Shown here piece after piece: positions 30,490 to 41,406 of a stretch of DNA of 64,000 nt. The position numbers were made by a program, and so were the translations under genes. Every line of letters starts with the position of its first letter. The first letter of the stretch is position 1. The notes beneath the pieces are model-generated. The model ran no database searches, was not told where the DNA came from, and saw only the letters and a list, made by a program, of their open reading frames with translations. Origin of the DNA: an uncultured delta proteobacterium (lineage in GTDB: Bacteria; Myxococcota; Kuafuiibacteriia; Kuafuiibacteriales; Kuafuiibacteriaceae); NCBI GenBank assembly GCA_963803435.1, contig CAWDML010000003.1:640001-704000 (forward strand), in the 5' to 3' direction.

Positions 30490-31745
30490 GGCCCTCGATC
30501 CTCGAGACCGCACGGCTCGCGCCCGATCATCCGGCGCTGATCGTCGAGGGTCGAACCCTCACCTACGGAGAGCTCGCTGCTCGCGTGGTGGAGCGCATGA
30601 AGCGCGGGCTCGAGCCGGGCCCGCTGGTGGTCACGAACAGCGTCGAAGCGGTCGTCGATGTCTGGGCGATGATCGAGCAGCGTGCGCCGATCGGCGTGTT
30701 GCATCCTCGGCTCACCGAACACGAGCGGGCGCCGCTGCTCGCCCGGCTCGCGGCCGCGACGCTTCCGGACGACGCGCTCGCGATCTTCTTCACCTCGGGC
30801 ACCTCGGGCACGCCGAAGGGGGCTGTGCTCTCGGCGCACGCGTTCGTGGCGGCGGCGGAGGCCAGCGCAAAAAACCTGGGCTGGCTCGATCACGACCGCT
30901 GGCTGCTGGCGCTCCCGATCGCGCACGTGGGCGGCTTCTCGATCCTGACGCGCTGCGCTCTCGCCGCGAAGACGGTGATCCTGGAGCCGTCGTTCGACGC
31001 GGAGCGCTTCCTCAACGTGCTGGCCCGCGACCGCGCCACCATGGTCTCGCTGGTGCCCACGATGCTGCGACGGCTGCTCGCCCGCGGCTTCGAGCCGAGC
31101 CCGCACCTGCGCGTCATTCTCCTCGGCGGCGCGCCGGCCCCGGCCGATCTGCTGGCGGAGGCGCGCGTCCACGGCCTGCCTGTCCTGACCACCTATGGGC
31201 TCACGGAGGCCTGCTCGCAGGTGACGGTCGAGGGACGCCCGCTGCCGGGCACCGAGGTCGAGGTCGTCCGCGGCCGGATCCAGATCCGCGGACCCACGCT
31301 CTTCTCGGGCTATCTCGGCGAGCCACGGCGCGCGGAGGGCGCGTGGTTCGATACCGGTGACATGGGTCACCTGGATCGGGACGGACGGCTCGTCGTCGTC
31401 GGGCGCAGGAGCGATCTGATCCTTTCGGGCGGCGAGAACGTTCATCCCGGTGAGGTGGAGGCGGTGCTTCTCCAGCATCCCGCGATTCGAGTGGCGTGCG
31501 TGTTCGGCGTCCCGGATCCGGAGTGGGGTGAGGTCGTCTCGGCCGCGCTGATCGCTCGTGGTGCTCCGGTCGATCTCGCTGTCCTCGAAAAATTCCTGAG
31601 GGAGCGGCTCGCCGGGCATAAGCGGCCGCGGCGGATTTGTTGGGTCGATGAGCTCGCCGAGAATCGTGCGGGCAAGGTGGATCGTCGCGCCGTTCGCGAG
31701 CTGGTGTGGCCGTTGCTTCGGGACCCGAGCGAACGCGAGCCGTAG
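30486..31745 (+). CDS. menE: o-succinylbenzoate-CoA ligase
   Basis: FTSGTSGTPKG, HVGG, SLVPT, TYGLTE, TGD, SGGENVHP; TTG start overlaps the menC stop. Confidence 0.88.
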   Translation: MRPSILETARLAPDHPALIVEGRTLTYGELAARVVERMKRGLEPGPLVVTNSVEAVVDVWAMIEQRAPIGVLHPRLTEHERAPLLARLAAATLPDDALAIFFTSGTSGTPKGAVLSAHAFVAAAEASAKNLGWLDHDRWLLALPIAHVGGFSILTRCALAAKTVILEPSFDAERFLNVLARDRATMVSLVPTMLRRLLARGFEPSPHLRVILLGGAPAPADLLAEARVHGLPVLTTYGLTEACSQVTVEGRPLPGTEVEVVRGRIQIRGPTLFSGYLGEPRRAEGAWFDTGDMGHLDRDGRLVVVGRRSDLILSGGENVHPGEVEAVLLQHPAIRVACVFGVPDPEWGEVVSAALIARGAPVDLAVLEKFLRERLAGHKRPRRICWVDELAENRAGKVDRRAVRELVWPLLRDPSEREP

Positions 31746-31779
31746 CCGGCCGAGCGCACCCACCTCACCGAGGAGGGTT

Positions 31780-32997
31780 ATGAACAGCATCATGGAGAGT
31801 CAGTCGAGGAACGCCTATCTGGAGCAGGTCGTCCAGGAGAAGGCCCAGCTGGAGGAGGACCTGAAGATCGGCGCCCGCAAGCGGAAGATGGTCGCGCCGC
31901 GATCGGGCGAGGTGCTCGACGAAGGTGGCGGCAACAACCTCGGCGTCCGCATCACCGGCTTCTGGCGGTGGAGGAACGTGATCGTTCCTCCGAGCTGCTA
32001 CGCCGTGCACACGCGCCGCGGCTACGAGGAGCCGCTCCACATCGGACTGGGCGTGTCGTTCCGGTTCAACCCGCTGACAGACGCGTTTCTGGTGGTCCCG
32101 GCGGCGATGCAGACGATCATCATCCAAGCGAACTCGATCTGCAGCGAGCGCCAAGGGATCGTGGTGCAAGGCTACGTCCAGTGGATCATCGACGACTTCG
32201 CGACGGCCTTCAAGAAGCTCGATCTCACCGATCCCGACGAGCCGATGCGCGTCGTCAACGTACAGCTCCGCGAGCAAGCGGAGGCGGCGATCAAGGACAA
32301 GGTAGCGACCATGAGCATCGACGAGGTGCTCGCGGACAAGCAGCCGATCATCCAGGAGCTGACGGCGCGGCTGCGCCACGTCGCCGAGGGTGAAGGCAAC
32401 GGCGAGGGGCTCGGCCTGAGGATCGTGACCGTGCAGATCAAGGAGGCGATCGTCTCCTCTCCGCGGGTCTGGGAGTCGCTGCAGCGTCCCTTCCGCGCCG
32501 AGCGCGCCAAGGAGGCCAGGCTGGCCGAGCTGGCCGCGGAGGCGATCGTACGCGAACGTGAGATCGAGACGGCCTCGGCACGCGCTGCGCTGGAGGCGAA
32601 GGCCGAAGCGGAGCGCTTCGCCCGCGAGCAGGCCGCGCGGATCGAGCGCGCGAGGCTGGAGGCAGAGGCGCTGGAGCAGACGATCGCCCATCAACGCCAG
32701 AAGCTGGCGCTCGAGGCGGAGCTCGAGCGGGCGCAGCTCGAGCACGAGCTGGCCCGTGAGCGGTTGCGCCTCGAAGCGGTGCGGCTCGAGGAGGAGCAGG
32801 CGATCGCACTCCTGGCGCTGCGCCGCAAGGTGGAGAACGAGCTGTCCCCGCAGGCGCTGGAGATGGCGCTGATCCAATCGTTGCCCGCAGTCGCGAAGGA
32901 GCTCCCCAAGCCAGAGCGCTCGATCGTGATCGGGACCGACGGGGTCGGTGCCCTGGCCAGCTCGATCCGCGGCTTGCTCAACACCGTCCGCGAGTGA
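31780..32997 (+). CDS. SPFH/band-7 (flotillin-like) protein
   Basis: SPFH core (QGIVVQGYVQWII, EAAIKDKVATMSIDEVL, GLRIVTVQIKE) followed by an Ala/Glu-rich coiled coil; SD GGAGG. Confidence 0.8.
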   Translation: MNSIMESQSRNAYLEQVVQEKAQLEEDLKIGARKRKMVAPRSGEVLDEGGGNNLGVRITGFWRWRNVIVPPSCYAVHTRRGYEEPLHIGLGVSFRFNPLTDAFLVVPAAMQTIIIQANSICSERQGIVVQGYVQWIIDDFATAFKKLDLTDPDEPMRVVNVQLREQAEAAIKDKVATMSIDEVLADKQPIIQELTARLRHVAEGEGNGEGLGLRIVTVQIKEAIVSSPRVWESLQRPFRAERAKEARLAELAAEAIVREREIETASARAALEAKAEAERFAREQAARIERARLEAEALEQTIAHQRQKLALEAELERAQLEHELARERLRLEAVRLEEEQAIALLALRRKVENELSPQALEMALIQSLPAVAKELPKPERSIVIGTDGVGALASSIRGLLNTVRE

Positions 32998-33003
32998 CGC
33001 CGC

Positions 33004-33447
33004 TCAGAGGTTGGAGAGGCCCGCGTAGCCCTGGCGCGCGTCCTCGGGGAGAGGGGCGCGCCGGAAGGTCTTCCGATCGACGAAGACGTGGACGATCGCG
33101 CCCACGGCTGCGATCTCCCCGCTCTCCTTGCGGACCCGGTACCCGACCGTCACCTGCGTCTCCTCGAGGCGCCCGCCCACGACCTCGACGTCGATCCGAT
33201 CCCCGAACGCGAGCGGCCGGAGGAAGTCCGCTTCGCAGTGGGTGATCGGCGCGAGCCACGGCGACCGCGCGATGACCTCGGGCAGGTCGATCCCGCGCTG
33301 CTCCAGGTACGCGACATAGGCATCGTGGAAGTAGACCAGGATGCGCGCGAAGAACACGATGCCGGCGGCGTCGATGTCCTGGAACGCAACCCTGCGTCGG
33401 TGGGTGTACGCCGCCTCCCCGGCGGCGAGCAGCGCTTCCTTCATCAC
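33004..33447 (-). CDS. Hotdog-fold thioesterase, probable DHNA-CoA thioesterase
   Basis: RRVAFQDIDAAGIVFFAR, HDAY, PITHCEADFLRPL (4HBT class); sits next to the men operon. Confidence 0.75.
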   Translation of the reverse strand: MMKEALLAAGEAAYTHRRRVAFQDIDAAGIVFFARILVYFHDAYVAYLEQRGIDLPEVIARSPWLAPITHCEADFLRPLAFGDRIDVEVVGGRLEETQVTVGYRVRKESGEIAAVGAIVHVFVDRKTFRRAPLPEDARQGYAGLSNL

Positions 33448-33489
33448 GGGTGGACTCTAGCCCGGAGCGACAGTAGATGAGCGGAGAAG

Positions 33490-34521
<1,032 letters not shown>

Positions 34522-34568
34522 CAGTGTGCGCTTTACCAGGACGTGCGCTTTTGACAAAACCGCGTTGA

Positions 34569-36602
34569 GTGCCGCCGATCGCCAAGAAATCGCCGTTCAT
34601 CTCGGCCCTCCACGGCGACGTCCGCACCGACGACTACCACTGGTTGCGCAACCGCGACGATCCCGAGGTGATCGCGCACCTCGAGGCCGAGAACCTCTAC
34701 ACGGAGCGCGCGCTGGCCCACACCACGACGCTCCAGGACACGCTGTATCGGGAGATGCTGTCGCGGATCAAAGAGGACGACAGCACGGTCCCGTACCGAC
34801 GAGGGGCGTACTGGTACTACTCGCGGACCGAGAAGGGGCGCGCCTACCGCATCTACTGCCGGCGGCTGGGAGCACCGGATGCGCCCGAGGAGATCATCCT
34901 CGACGTCAACGCGCTCGCCGTGGGCCGCGAGTACCTCTCGCTCGGCGTGTTCGAGGTCAGCCCCAGCCACGAGTGGCTCGCGTTCTCGGTGGATCACGAC
35001 GGCGACGAGCAATTCATCTTGCACTTCAAGGACCTCCGGACGGGCGAGGTGCTCACCGATACCGTGCCAGGCACCTCCTACAGCCTGGTCTGGGCCGATG
35101 ACGATCGGACGGTGTTCTACAACGTGCTCGACGAGGCCAACCGACCGTACCGCCTGTATCGCCATGTCGTCGGCACCGATCCTCGCCACGACGCGCTCAT
35201 CTATGAGGAGAAGGACGATCGCTTCTTCCTCTGGGTGTATCGCACCCGCAGCGATCGCTTCATCCTGATGGATCTCGAGAGCGCCGTGACCTCCGAGGTC
35301 TGGTTCCTCCCGGCCGGCGATCCCGAGGGCGAGCTCCGGCTGGTGGAGGCGCGGCGGCAGGGGGTCGAGTACGACGTGGAGCACCACGACGATCGCTTCT
35401 TCGTCCGCAGCAACGAGGACGCCATCAACTTCGCGCTGTACGAGACGCCGGTGGCGAGCCCCTCGAGGGAGAGCTGGCGCGAGCTCGTTCCGCACCGCGA
35501 GGACGTGATGCTCGCCGATGTCCTGGCGTTCGCCGGCCACCTGGTGCTGCTGGAACGGCAGGACGGCCTGCCGCAGATCCGAGTGCGCCCCCTCGACGGT
35601 GGCGAGGAGCACATGATCGCGTTCGCGGACGCGGCCTACGACTGTTGGGCCGGGATCAACGAGGAGTTCGACACCACCAGCTTCCGCTTCGGGTACTCCT
35701 CGCTGGTGATGCCGGCGTCGATCTTCGACTACGACCTGGTCACTCGCACCCGCGAGCTCAGGAAGCGCGAGCTCGTGCGCGGGTACGACTCGAGCCGGTA
35801 CGCCAGCGAGCGGATCTTCGCCATCGCCGACGACGGCACGCGGATCCCCATCTCGCTGGTCCATCGTGTCGATACGCCGCGCGACGGGAGCGCGCCGCTG
35901 TTCCTTCACGCCTACGGCGCGTACGGCTTCGTTCACGCGCCCTCCTTCGCGCCCAACTGGGTGTCGCTCCTCGATCGGGGCCTGGTGGTGGGGATCGCGC
36001 ACGTGCGAGGTGGCGGTGAGATGGGCCGCCCCTGGAAGGAGGCCGGGATGCTCGGCCGGAAGCTGAACAGCATCACCGACGCCATCCGCTGCGTCGAGGC
36101 CCTGATCGAACGAGGGTACACGTCGCCCGATCGGGTGGGGATGATCGGGCATAGCGCCGGCGGCATCGTGGTGGGCGGCGCGATCAACATGCGGCCCGAT
36201 TTGCTGCACGCGGTGATCGCGGACGTGCCGTTCGTCGACGTGGTCAACACGATGCTCGACGAGACCCTCCCGCTCACGGCGGTCGAGTGGGAGGAGTGGG
36301 GCAATCCGAGGATCGAGCAGGACTACCGCACGATCCTGGCGTACTCGCCGTACGACAACGTGAAGGCGCAACGCTATCCGCACCTGCTCGTGCTGGCAGG
36401 GCTCAACGATCCGCGGGTCGGCTACTGGGAGCCGGCCAAGTGGGTGGCCAAGCTTCGCGACCTCAAGACGGACGACAACCTCCTCGTGCTGAAGACCAAC
36501 ATGGACGCCGGTCATGCCGGCGCGACCAATCGTTACCTCCGCCTCCGCGAGCGCGCGTTCGAGTACGGCTTCCTGCTCGATCGCTTCGGGATCACCGAAT
36601 GA
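34569..36602 (+). CDS. ptrB: Oligopeptidase B (S9A)
   Basis: DDYHWLR, YGAYG, HVRGGGE, GHSAGG, EWEEWGNP, DPRVGYWEPAKW, GH. Confidence 0.92.
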   Translation: MPPIAKKSPFISALHGDVRTDDYHWLRNRDDPEVIAHLEAENLYTERALAHTTTLQDTLYREMLSRIKEDDSTVPYRRGAYWYYSRTEKGRAYRIYCRRLGAPDAPEEIILDVNALAVGREYLSLGVFEVSPSHEWLAFSVDHDGDEQFILHFKDLRTGEVLTDTVPGTSYSLVWADDDRTVFYNVLDEANRPYRLYRHVVGTDPRHDALIYEEKDDRFFLWVYRTRSDRFILMDLESAVTSEVWFLPAGDPEGELRLVEARRQGVEYDVEHHDDRFFVRSNEDAINFALYETPVASPSRESWRELVPHREDVMLADVLAFAGHLVLLERQDGLPQIRVRPLDGGEEHMIAFADAAYDCWAGINEEFDTTSFRFGYSSLVMPASIFDYDLVTRTRELRKRELVRGYDSSRYASERIFAIADDGTRIPISLVHRVDTPRDGSAPLFLHAYGAYGFVHAPSFAPNWVSLLDRGLVVGIAHVRGGGEMGRPWKEAGMLGRKLNSITDAIRCVEALIERGYTSPDRVGMIGHSAGGIVVGGAINMRPDLLHAVIADVPFVDVVNTMLDETLPLTAVEWEEWGNPRIEQDYRTILAYSPYDNVKAQRYPHLLVLAGLNDPRVGYWEPAKWVAKLRDLKTDDNLLVLKTNMDAGHAGATNRYLRLRERAFEYGFLLDRFGITE

Positions 36603-37399
36603 CCGAGCTCAACGATCCGGCGTCGATCCGCCGATACATCGAGGCGAACGCGTCGCGCCTGGATCCGGGATCGCGCTACGTTCAGGAGCTGCTCGAGCTC
36701 GCCCGCACGAATCCGGATCCCGTCCAGCTGGAGCGTCGTCTCGAGGCGGGTTGCCGCGGCCAGCGCCACTCGGGACGCGAGGTCTTCGCGCGCATGACCC
36801 TGGCGGAGAAGCTGCTCGCCAACCTGATCACGCCCGAGACGACGCTGTTTCGCTTCAACGAGGGCGAGATGGAGGCGATCGACCGCCACCTCCTCCCCCA
36901 CCTGGCCGGCCGGCAGGCGAGGATCCTGATCGTTCCGTGCTCGCACGGCGAGGAGGCCTTCACGATCGCCGCCTACTTTCTCAAGGTCGGGCTCGATTTC
37001 CGGATCGACGCGTTCGACGTTCAGCCGGCGCTGGTCGAGGAGGCGCGCTCGGGCCGGCTCACGTTCGGCTACCCGGCCGAGTTTCTCTCCGCGCCCGGAT
37101 ACGTCTCCACCACCGTGCTCGATCGGATCACTTTCGCGGTCGGTGACGCCTTCGCGCTCCCGCTGGCGGACCAGCGCTTCGACCTCGTGCTCTGCCGGAA
37201 CTTCGTCGGGTACTTCGTCGAGGCCACCGCGGTGGCGCTCGTCGAGAAGCTGCGCCTCTTGACCGCCGCCGACGGCGTGCTGTTCCTCGACGGCTTTTGC
37301 GTGGCGAAGCTTCCGGCGATCGAGCGACACCTCGAGTCCAAGGGCGCCCGGAAGCTGTTCGGACGGCCGGCGTACGTTCAGCCGGACCCGGGCGCTTGA
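36599..37399 (+). CDS. CheR-like SAM-dependent methyltransferase
   Basis: TPETTLFR, PCSHGEEAFTIA, FDLVLCRNFVGYF; ATG overlaps the ptrB stop. Confidence 0.75.
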   Translation: MTELNDPASIRRYIEANASRLDPGSRYVQELLELARTNPDPVQLERRLEAGCRGQRHSGREVFARMTLAEKLLANLITPETTLFRFNEGEMEAIDRHLLPHLAGRQARILIVPCSHGEEAFTIAAYFLKVGLDFRIDAFDVQPALVEEARSGRLTFGYPAEFLSAPGYVSTTVLDRITFAVGDAFALPLADQRFDLVLCRNFVGYFVEATAVALVEKLRLLTAADGVLFLDGFCVAKLPAIERHLESKGARKLFGRPAYVQPDPGA

Positions 37400-37437
37400 G
37401 CCTTGTCCAGGCGGGCCGCCTGATGGATCTTGAGCGC

Positions 37438-37704
37438 GTGTGTCGCAACATCCGTACGCTGTTCAACTTCGAGCCGCCTGCGACCGACGAAGAGGTCCGC
37501 GCCGCGGCGTTGCAGTACGTACGAAAGGTGAGCGGGACGACGAAGCCCAGCCGCAAGAATCAGGCGGCCTTCGACAGCGCCGTCGATGCGATCGCCGCGA
37601 TCACCGGCGTGTTGATCGGTTCGCTCGAGACCGAGGCGCCTCCCAAGGACCGCGACGAGGAGAAGATGAAAGCGAAGGCCCGGGCCGCTCAGCGCTACGG
37701 TTGA
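37438..37704 (+). CDS. DUF2277 family protein
   Basis: CRNIRTLFNFEPPATDEEVRAAALQYVRKVSG signature. Confidence 0.85.
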   Translation: MCRNIRTLFNFEPPATDEEVRAAALQYVRKVSGTTKPSRKNQAAFDSAVDAIAAITGVLIGSLETEAPPKDRDEEKMKAKARAAQRYG

Positions 37705-38372
37705 CCGATCCCCAGGTCGATCTCCTCCGGCTCGTCCTCGAACCATGTGCCGTTGAACCGGAGCGCGGTCCGCGCGGGGAGCCCGCGCCGATGCTTGGCG
37801 AGCGCGAGCTCCAGCGTGCTCCAGCCAGCGGTGATGCGCGGCCGGCCGGGTGCGAGCACGATCAGCGCGTCCAGCTCGGCCGCCGTCCTCGTTGCGACCC
37901 CCAGCCAGGTGGCGAGCTCGGAGGGCGCACCGCGGAGGACGTGGGGAGGGATGAAGCCGTTGACCGACTCGGGGTTCGCGGGCGCCAGCACCAGCAGCAC
38001 GGCAGTCTCGAAGCGCAGCGCCATCCGTCGGGCGTGGTCGAGATCGGGCATGGCCTGGTCGACGACGTGGAGGTGCCCGGGTGGATCGTCCGCGAGCGTC
38101 AACCGCGGAGGGAGCGGTGGCGGCGACGCGTGGTGATCGATCCAGCGGGTGTGGGTCCGCAGACCCTCGAGGCGCGCCGACAGCTCGCGCGAGCTCAGGT
38201 GGGGCGCCCAAAGCGAGACGGGCCGATCCTGCTCCAGGCCGCCAGCGGCGATCTGCAAGGCGAGTTGCGTCTTTCCGCACGCGATGGGGCCGGTGAGGCC
38301 GTAGACGCCCGGGAGGAGATCGCCCTCCAGCGCCTCTCTCAGCGCGCGCCAGGGCAACGGGAATCGCTCCAC
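37695..38372 (-). CDS. Short RecA-fold / DnaB C-terminal-like P-loop protein
   Basis: GPIACGKTQLALQIA (Walker A), LHVVD, and LELALAKHRRG resembling DnaB AKxRxG. Confidence 0.6.
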   Translation of the reverse strand: MERFPLPWRALREALEGDLLPGVYGLTGPIACGKTQLALQIAAGGLEQDRPVSLWAPHLSSRELSARLEGLRTHTRWIDHHASPPPLPPRLTLADDPPGHLHVVDQAMPDLDHARRMALRFETAVLLVLAPANPESVNGFIPPHVLRGAPSELATWLGVATRTAAELDALIVLAPGRPRITAGWSTLELALAKHRRGLPARTALRFNGTWFEDEPEEIDLGIGQP

Positions 38373-38403
38373 GCGCCGATCGTGGAGAGGGCCGGAGGGC
38401 GAG

Positions 38404-39138
38404 TCAACTGAGCAGGGCGTCGAGGAGCCGGCGTTGATCGAGGAACGGCGTGCGATCGGGTGGTCCGTCAGCGTGCAGGAGCTGGACGTCGCCCGCGTCG
38501 GCGCCGAGGCGAAGGATCGTCGAGGAGCGCGTGCCGTAGCGATGCTCGTGGACCAGCACGTTGACGCCGTCGAAGCCGTTGTCGGCGCGAGTGGCGAGGA
38601 GCTCGATGAGCGCGCGGTCGTCCGGGGCCGAAGCGGGCGCTCCCAGGCGGTCGCGGATCAGAGCCTCACGCGTGGTGGGTGCGGCGTCGAAGCTGCGCTC
38701 GGTGACGATGGTGAGGCCGGGAGCGAGTGATACGCGGTGGAGGACCACGCCGTCGCTCCAGAGCACCACGGCGTGCCGGCGGTCGGCGACGAAGAGGTGA
38801 AATCCGGCGAACGGGCGGACGTCGAGCTGGGAGAAGGCGTCGTCGATCTCGGCGGCGCTTCCGGCGGCGAGCGCGTCCAAGACCAGGAGGCCCCGCGAGC
38901 GCTGCGCGTCGGGCTTGAAGGCAAGATGGCGATTCGTGATCCCGACGAACGTCTCGACGTCATTGAGGCCGAGCCAAGTGCCGCCGGCAGACAGATCGGT
39001 GGGCGCGATCATCCGCCGTCCGTGCGCCTCCCGCAGCGAGGGCGCGGCGGACGGCCGATCGAGCCGCTCGTCCCGGTTGGCGGCGACGACCAGGGGAGCG
39101 CGCTCGAACATTCGCCACATGCCGATCAGCGTGCACAT
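38404..39138 (-). CDS. NRDE/TANGO2 family protein
   Basis: MCTL, AANRDE, GGTWLG, SRGLLV, YGTRSST. Confidence 0.88.
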   Translation of the reverse strand: MCTLIGMWRMFERAPLVVAANRDERLDRPSAAPSLREAHGRRMIAPTDLSAGGTWLGLNDVETFVGITNRHLAFKPDAQRSRGLLVLDALAAGSAAEIDDAFSQLDVRPFAGFHLFVADRRHAVVLWSDGVVLHRVSLAPGLTIVTERSFDAAPTTREALIRDRLGAPASAPDDRALIELLATRADNGFDGVNVLVHEHRYGTRSSTILRLGADAGDVQLLHADGPPDRTPFLDQRRLLDALLS

Positions 39139-40241
39139 CAGGGACTCTCCTCGCGGAAGCGTTCCAGGAGCCCGTCCAGATAGTGGATCACGGCTCGCAT
39201 CCACACGCCCTCGTGGTCCTGGACCTCGCTGTTGGGCGAGCTCATCACCACGAAGCGGGGATCCTTGCGCGACGGGCCCCAGCAGATCGGTGACATGTAC
39301 GTGAACACGGCCACGGTCGGGACGTTCATCATGAATGCGAAGTGCATGGGCCCGGTGTCGTTCGTGACGACGGCATCGGCGGAGCGGATCAGCGCCAAGA
39401 GGATCTCGAGGTTCTTTTGAGTATAGTGCGAGGCGCCGTCGCCGATCTGCTTCGCGACCGAACGACAGAGCTTCGCCTCCGACGGTGCGCCGACGACCAC
39501 GACCGATCCGCGGCGATTCTCGACCACGTGGCGGCCCACGCCGATGAAGCGCTCCTCTCCCCAGCGCTTCTCCTCCGTCACGGCGCCGGGGACCAGGAGC
39601 ACGCGAGGGCGGCCGCTCCAGCGTTGCTCGGCGTCCTTCCGTGCCGTCGCCGAGATCGCAAAGTCGACCTCATAGTTGGGCTCGCGAACGCCCAGCGCGC
39701 GCAGCGGGAGGATCAGATACTTCGACCAGTGCCGCTCGCCCTGGACGCGCGAGTCCACCGTTCCCCAGGTGAGGCCGGTGTCCCGCTCCTGCGGATGGAC
39801 GAAGCCCAGGCGGGTCTCTGCGGCGACGAACCGGCGGCAGTCGACCTCGTCGCGAAGGGTGAGATCGACGGCGATCGGGTACTTGGCGAGCTTGGCAGCC
39901 AGCTGGTCGCTCTGCGCCTTCACCGGCTTGGAGCGCCAGCCGGGATCGTTTCGCGGCAGGACCAGCTCGTCGGGATAGATGATCAACCGGGTGGGGAGAT
40001 CGACGTACTTCCAGATCCGCGATGCGTTCTTGCGCAGCACCACGCCGACGGACTTGGCGCCGGCGTCGAGCAGCGCCCGCACCGCAGGCGCCAGGAGCAC
40101 GGCGTCGCCCAGAGCCGGAAACAGATAGAAGAGGACCACCGACCGGCCTTCGATCGCGATCGGCGGGCCGGGATCACCGTCCGGATCGAAGCGCTGGAAG
40201 CCGCTGCGCACTCGCCGGATGGACTCGATCAGACCCTTCAC
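39138..40241 (-). CDS. GT9 glycosyltransferase (heptosyltransferase-like)
   Basis: ALGDAVL, PGA...KRW, NDTGPMHFA, PTVAVF. Confidence 0.82.
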   Translation of the reverse strand: MKGLIESIRRVRSGFQRFDPDGDPGPPIAIEGRSVVLFYLFPALGDAVLLAPAVRALLDAGAKSVGVVLRKNASRIWKYVDLPTRLIIYPDELVLPRNDPGWRSKPVKAQSDQLAAKLAKYPIAVDLTLRDEVDCRRFVAAETRLGFVHPQERDTGLTWGTVDSRVQGERHWSKYLILPLRALGVREPNYEVDFAISATARKDAEQRWSGRPRVLLVPGAVTEEKRWGEERFIGVGRHVVENRRGSVVVVGAPSEAKLCRSVAKQIGDGASHYTQKNLEILLALIRSADAVVTNDTGPMHFAFMMNVPTVAVFTYMSPICWGPSRKDPRFVVMSSPNSEVQDHEGVWMRAVIHYLDGLLERFREESP

Positions 40242-40275
40242 AGCAACTCGATATCACATCTGGTAGCATCGAAGC

Positions 40276-40707
40276 ATGCGTCCCGCGGCGCTCTCCCTGC
40301 TGCTGGCCGCCTGTGCCTCGCAGATCCCGGTCGAGCAACAGGCGGCGTATTTCCGCTGTCCCGGGATCATCGTCGACGGCGCCTCCGAGAATCTTCAGCG
40401 TGCCGGCTACATCACCGCCTGGCGCGAAGGCGACCTCGGGGTCGAGACCCGGTGGACGAGCTTCACCATCGACCGGCGCGGCGATCGCCGAACCTTCTTC
40501 CTCCGCTACGTCGTCGAGGCGGCGAACGACGGCGTGACGTTTCAGCTGTTCGAGCGCTCCGACGACGCCCGCGGAGAGGCCCCATGGTCCAAGATCACGA
40601 ACGCCCAGGTCGAGGAGCCGGCGACGCGACGCCTGCTGGAGAAGCTGCGCGGTGACGTCTGTGGCACCGACGGGCTGTTCTTTGCCGCCACCTCAACCGC
40701 GGGGTAG
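40276..40707 (+). CDS. Hypothetical lipoprotein
   Basis: MRPAALSLLLAAC lipobox; coding-like composition. Confidence 0.6.
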   Translation: MRPAALSLLLAACASQIPVEQQAAYFRCPGIIVDGASENLQRAGYITAWREGDLGVETRWTSFTIDRRGDRRTFFLRYVVEAANDGVTFQLFERSDDARGEAPWSKITNAQVEEPATRRLLEKLRGDVCGTDGLFFAATSTAG

Positions 40708-41406
40708 CTCCCAGCGCTTGCGCAGTCGTCGCGCCGCCTGCCGGGAGACCGGGACCTCGCCGCCGCCGTCGACGTGCGCCGTGTAGCCTCCCGCCTCGTT
40801 GGGCTCGAGCCGGAGGACGCGCTCGAGGTTGAGGAGGGCCCGGCGGTGGACCCGCTCGAACGACGCGCCCAGGCGTTGCTGGAGATCGGCGATCCTGAAG
40901 TCGGTCACGAACGCGCCGCGGTCGGTGTGGAGCGCAACCGTCTCGCCCTCGATCAGCGCGAACAGGACCTCCCGGGGCTCGACGAGCACCAGACCCCTGC
41001 GGGTCGAAACGCCGATCCGTGGCGCGCCTCTCGAAGGAGGCCTGCGCCGCTCGCGGACGCGCGCGAGCGCCCTGCTCAGGCGCGCCGGTTCGACGGGCTT
41101 GAGCAGGTAGTCGATCGCGCCGCCGTCGAACGCCTCGACCGCATAGCGATCGTGTGCGGTCACGAAGACCACCGACGGCCCGCCGTCGTCGATCAGCGCG
41201 AGCGCCTCGACACCGGAGAGCGCCCGCATCTGGACGTCGAGCAGGACCAGATCCACGCCGCCCTGCTCGACTCGTCGCGGCAGCTCCACGCCGTCCTGGA
41301 GCTCGCCAATCACCTCGACGTCCGGGACGGCCTCGAGCAGACGACGGAGCCGCTTGCGGGCCTGGAGCTCATCGTCGACGATCAGGATCTTGAGCTCCTC
41401 GCTCAT
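40693..41406 (-). CDS. LytTR-family response regulator
   Basis: IVDDE, LLDVQM, FVTAHD.YAVEAF, DYLLKP; C-terminal FERVHRRALLN, VPVSR. Confidence 0.92.
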   Translation of the reverse strand: MSEELKILIVDDELQARKRLRRLLEAVPDVEVIGELQDGVELPRRVEQGGVDLVLLDVQMRALSGVEALALIDDGGPSVVFVTAHDRYAVEAFDGGAIDYLLKPVEPARLSRALARVRERRRPPSRGAPRIGVSTRRGLVLVEPREVLFALIEGETVALHTDRGAFVTDFRIADLQQRLGASFERVHRRALLNLERVLRLEPNEAGGYTAHVDGGGEVPVSRQAARRLRKRWELPRG

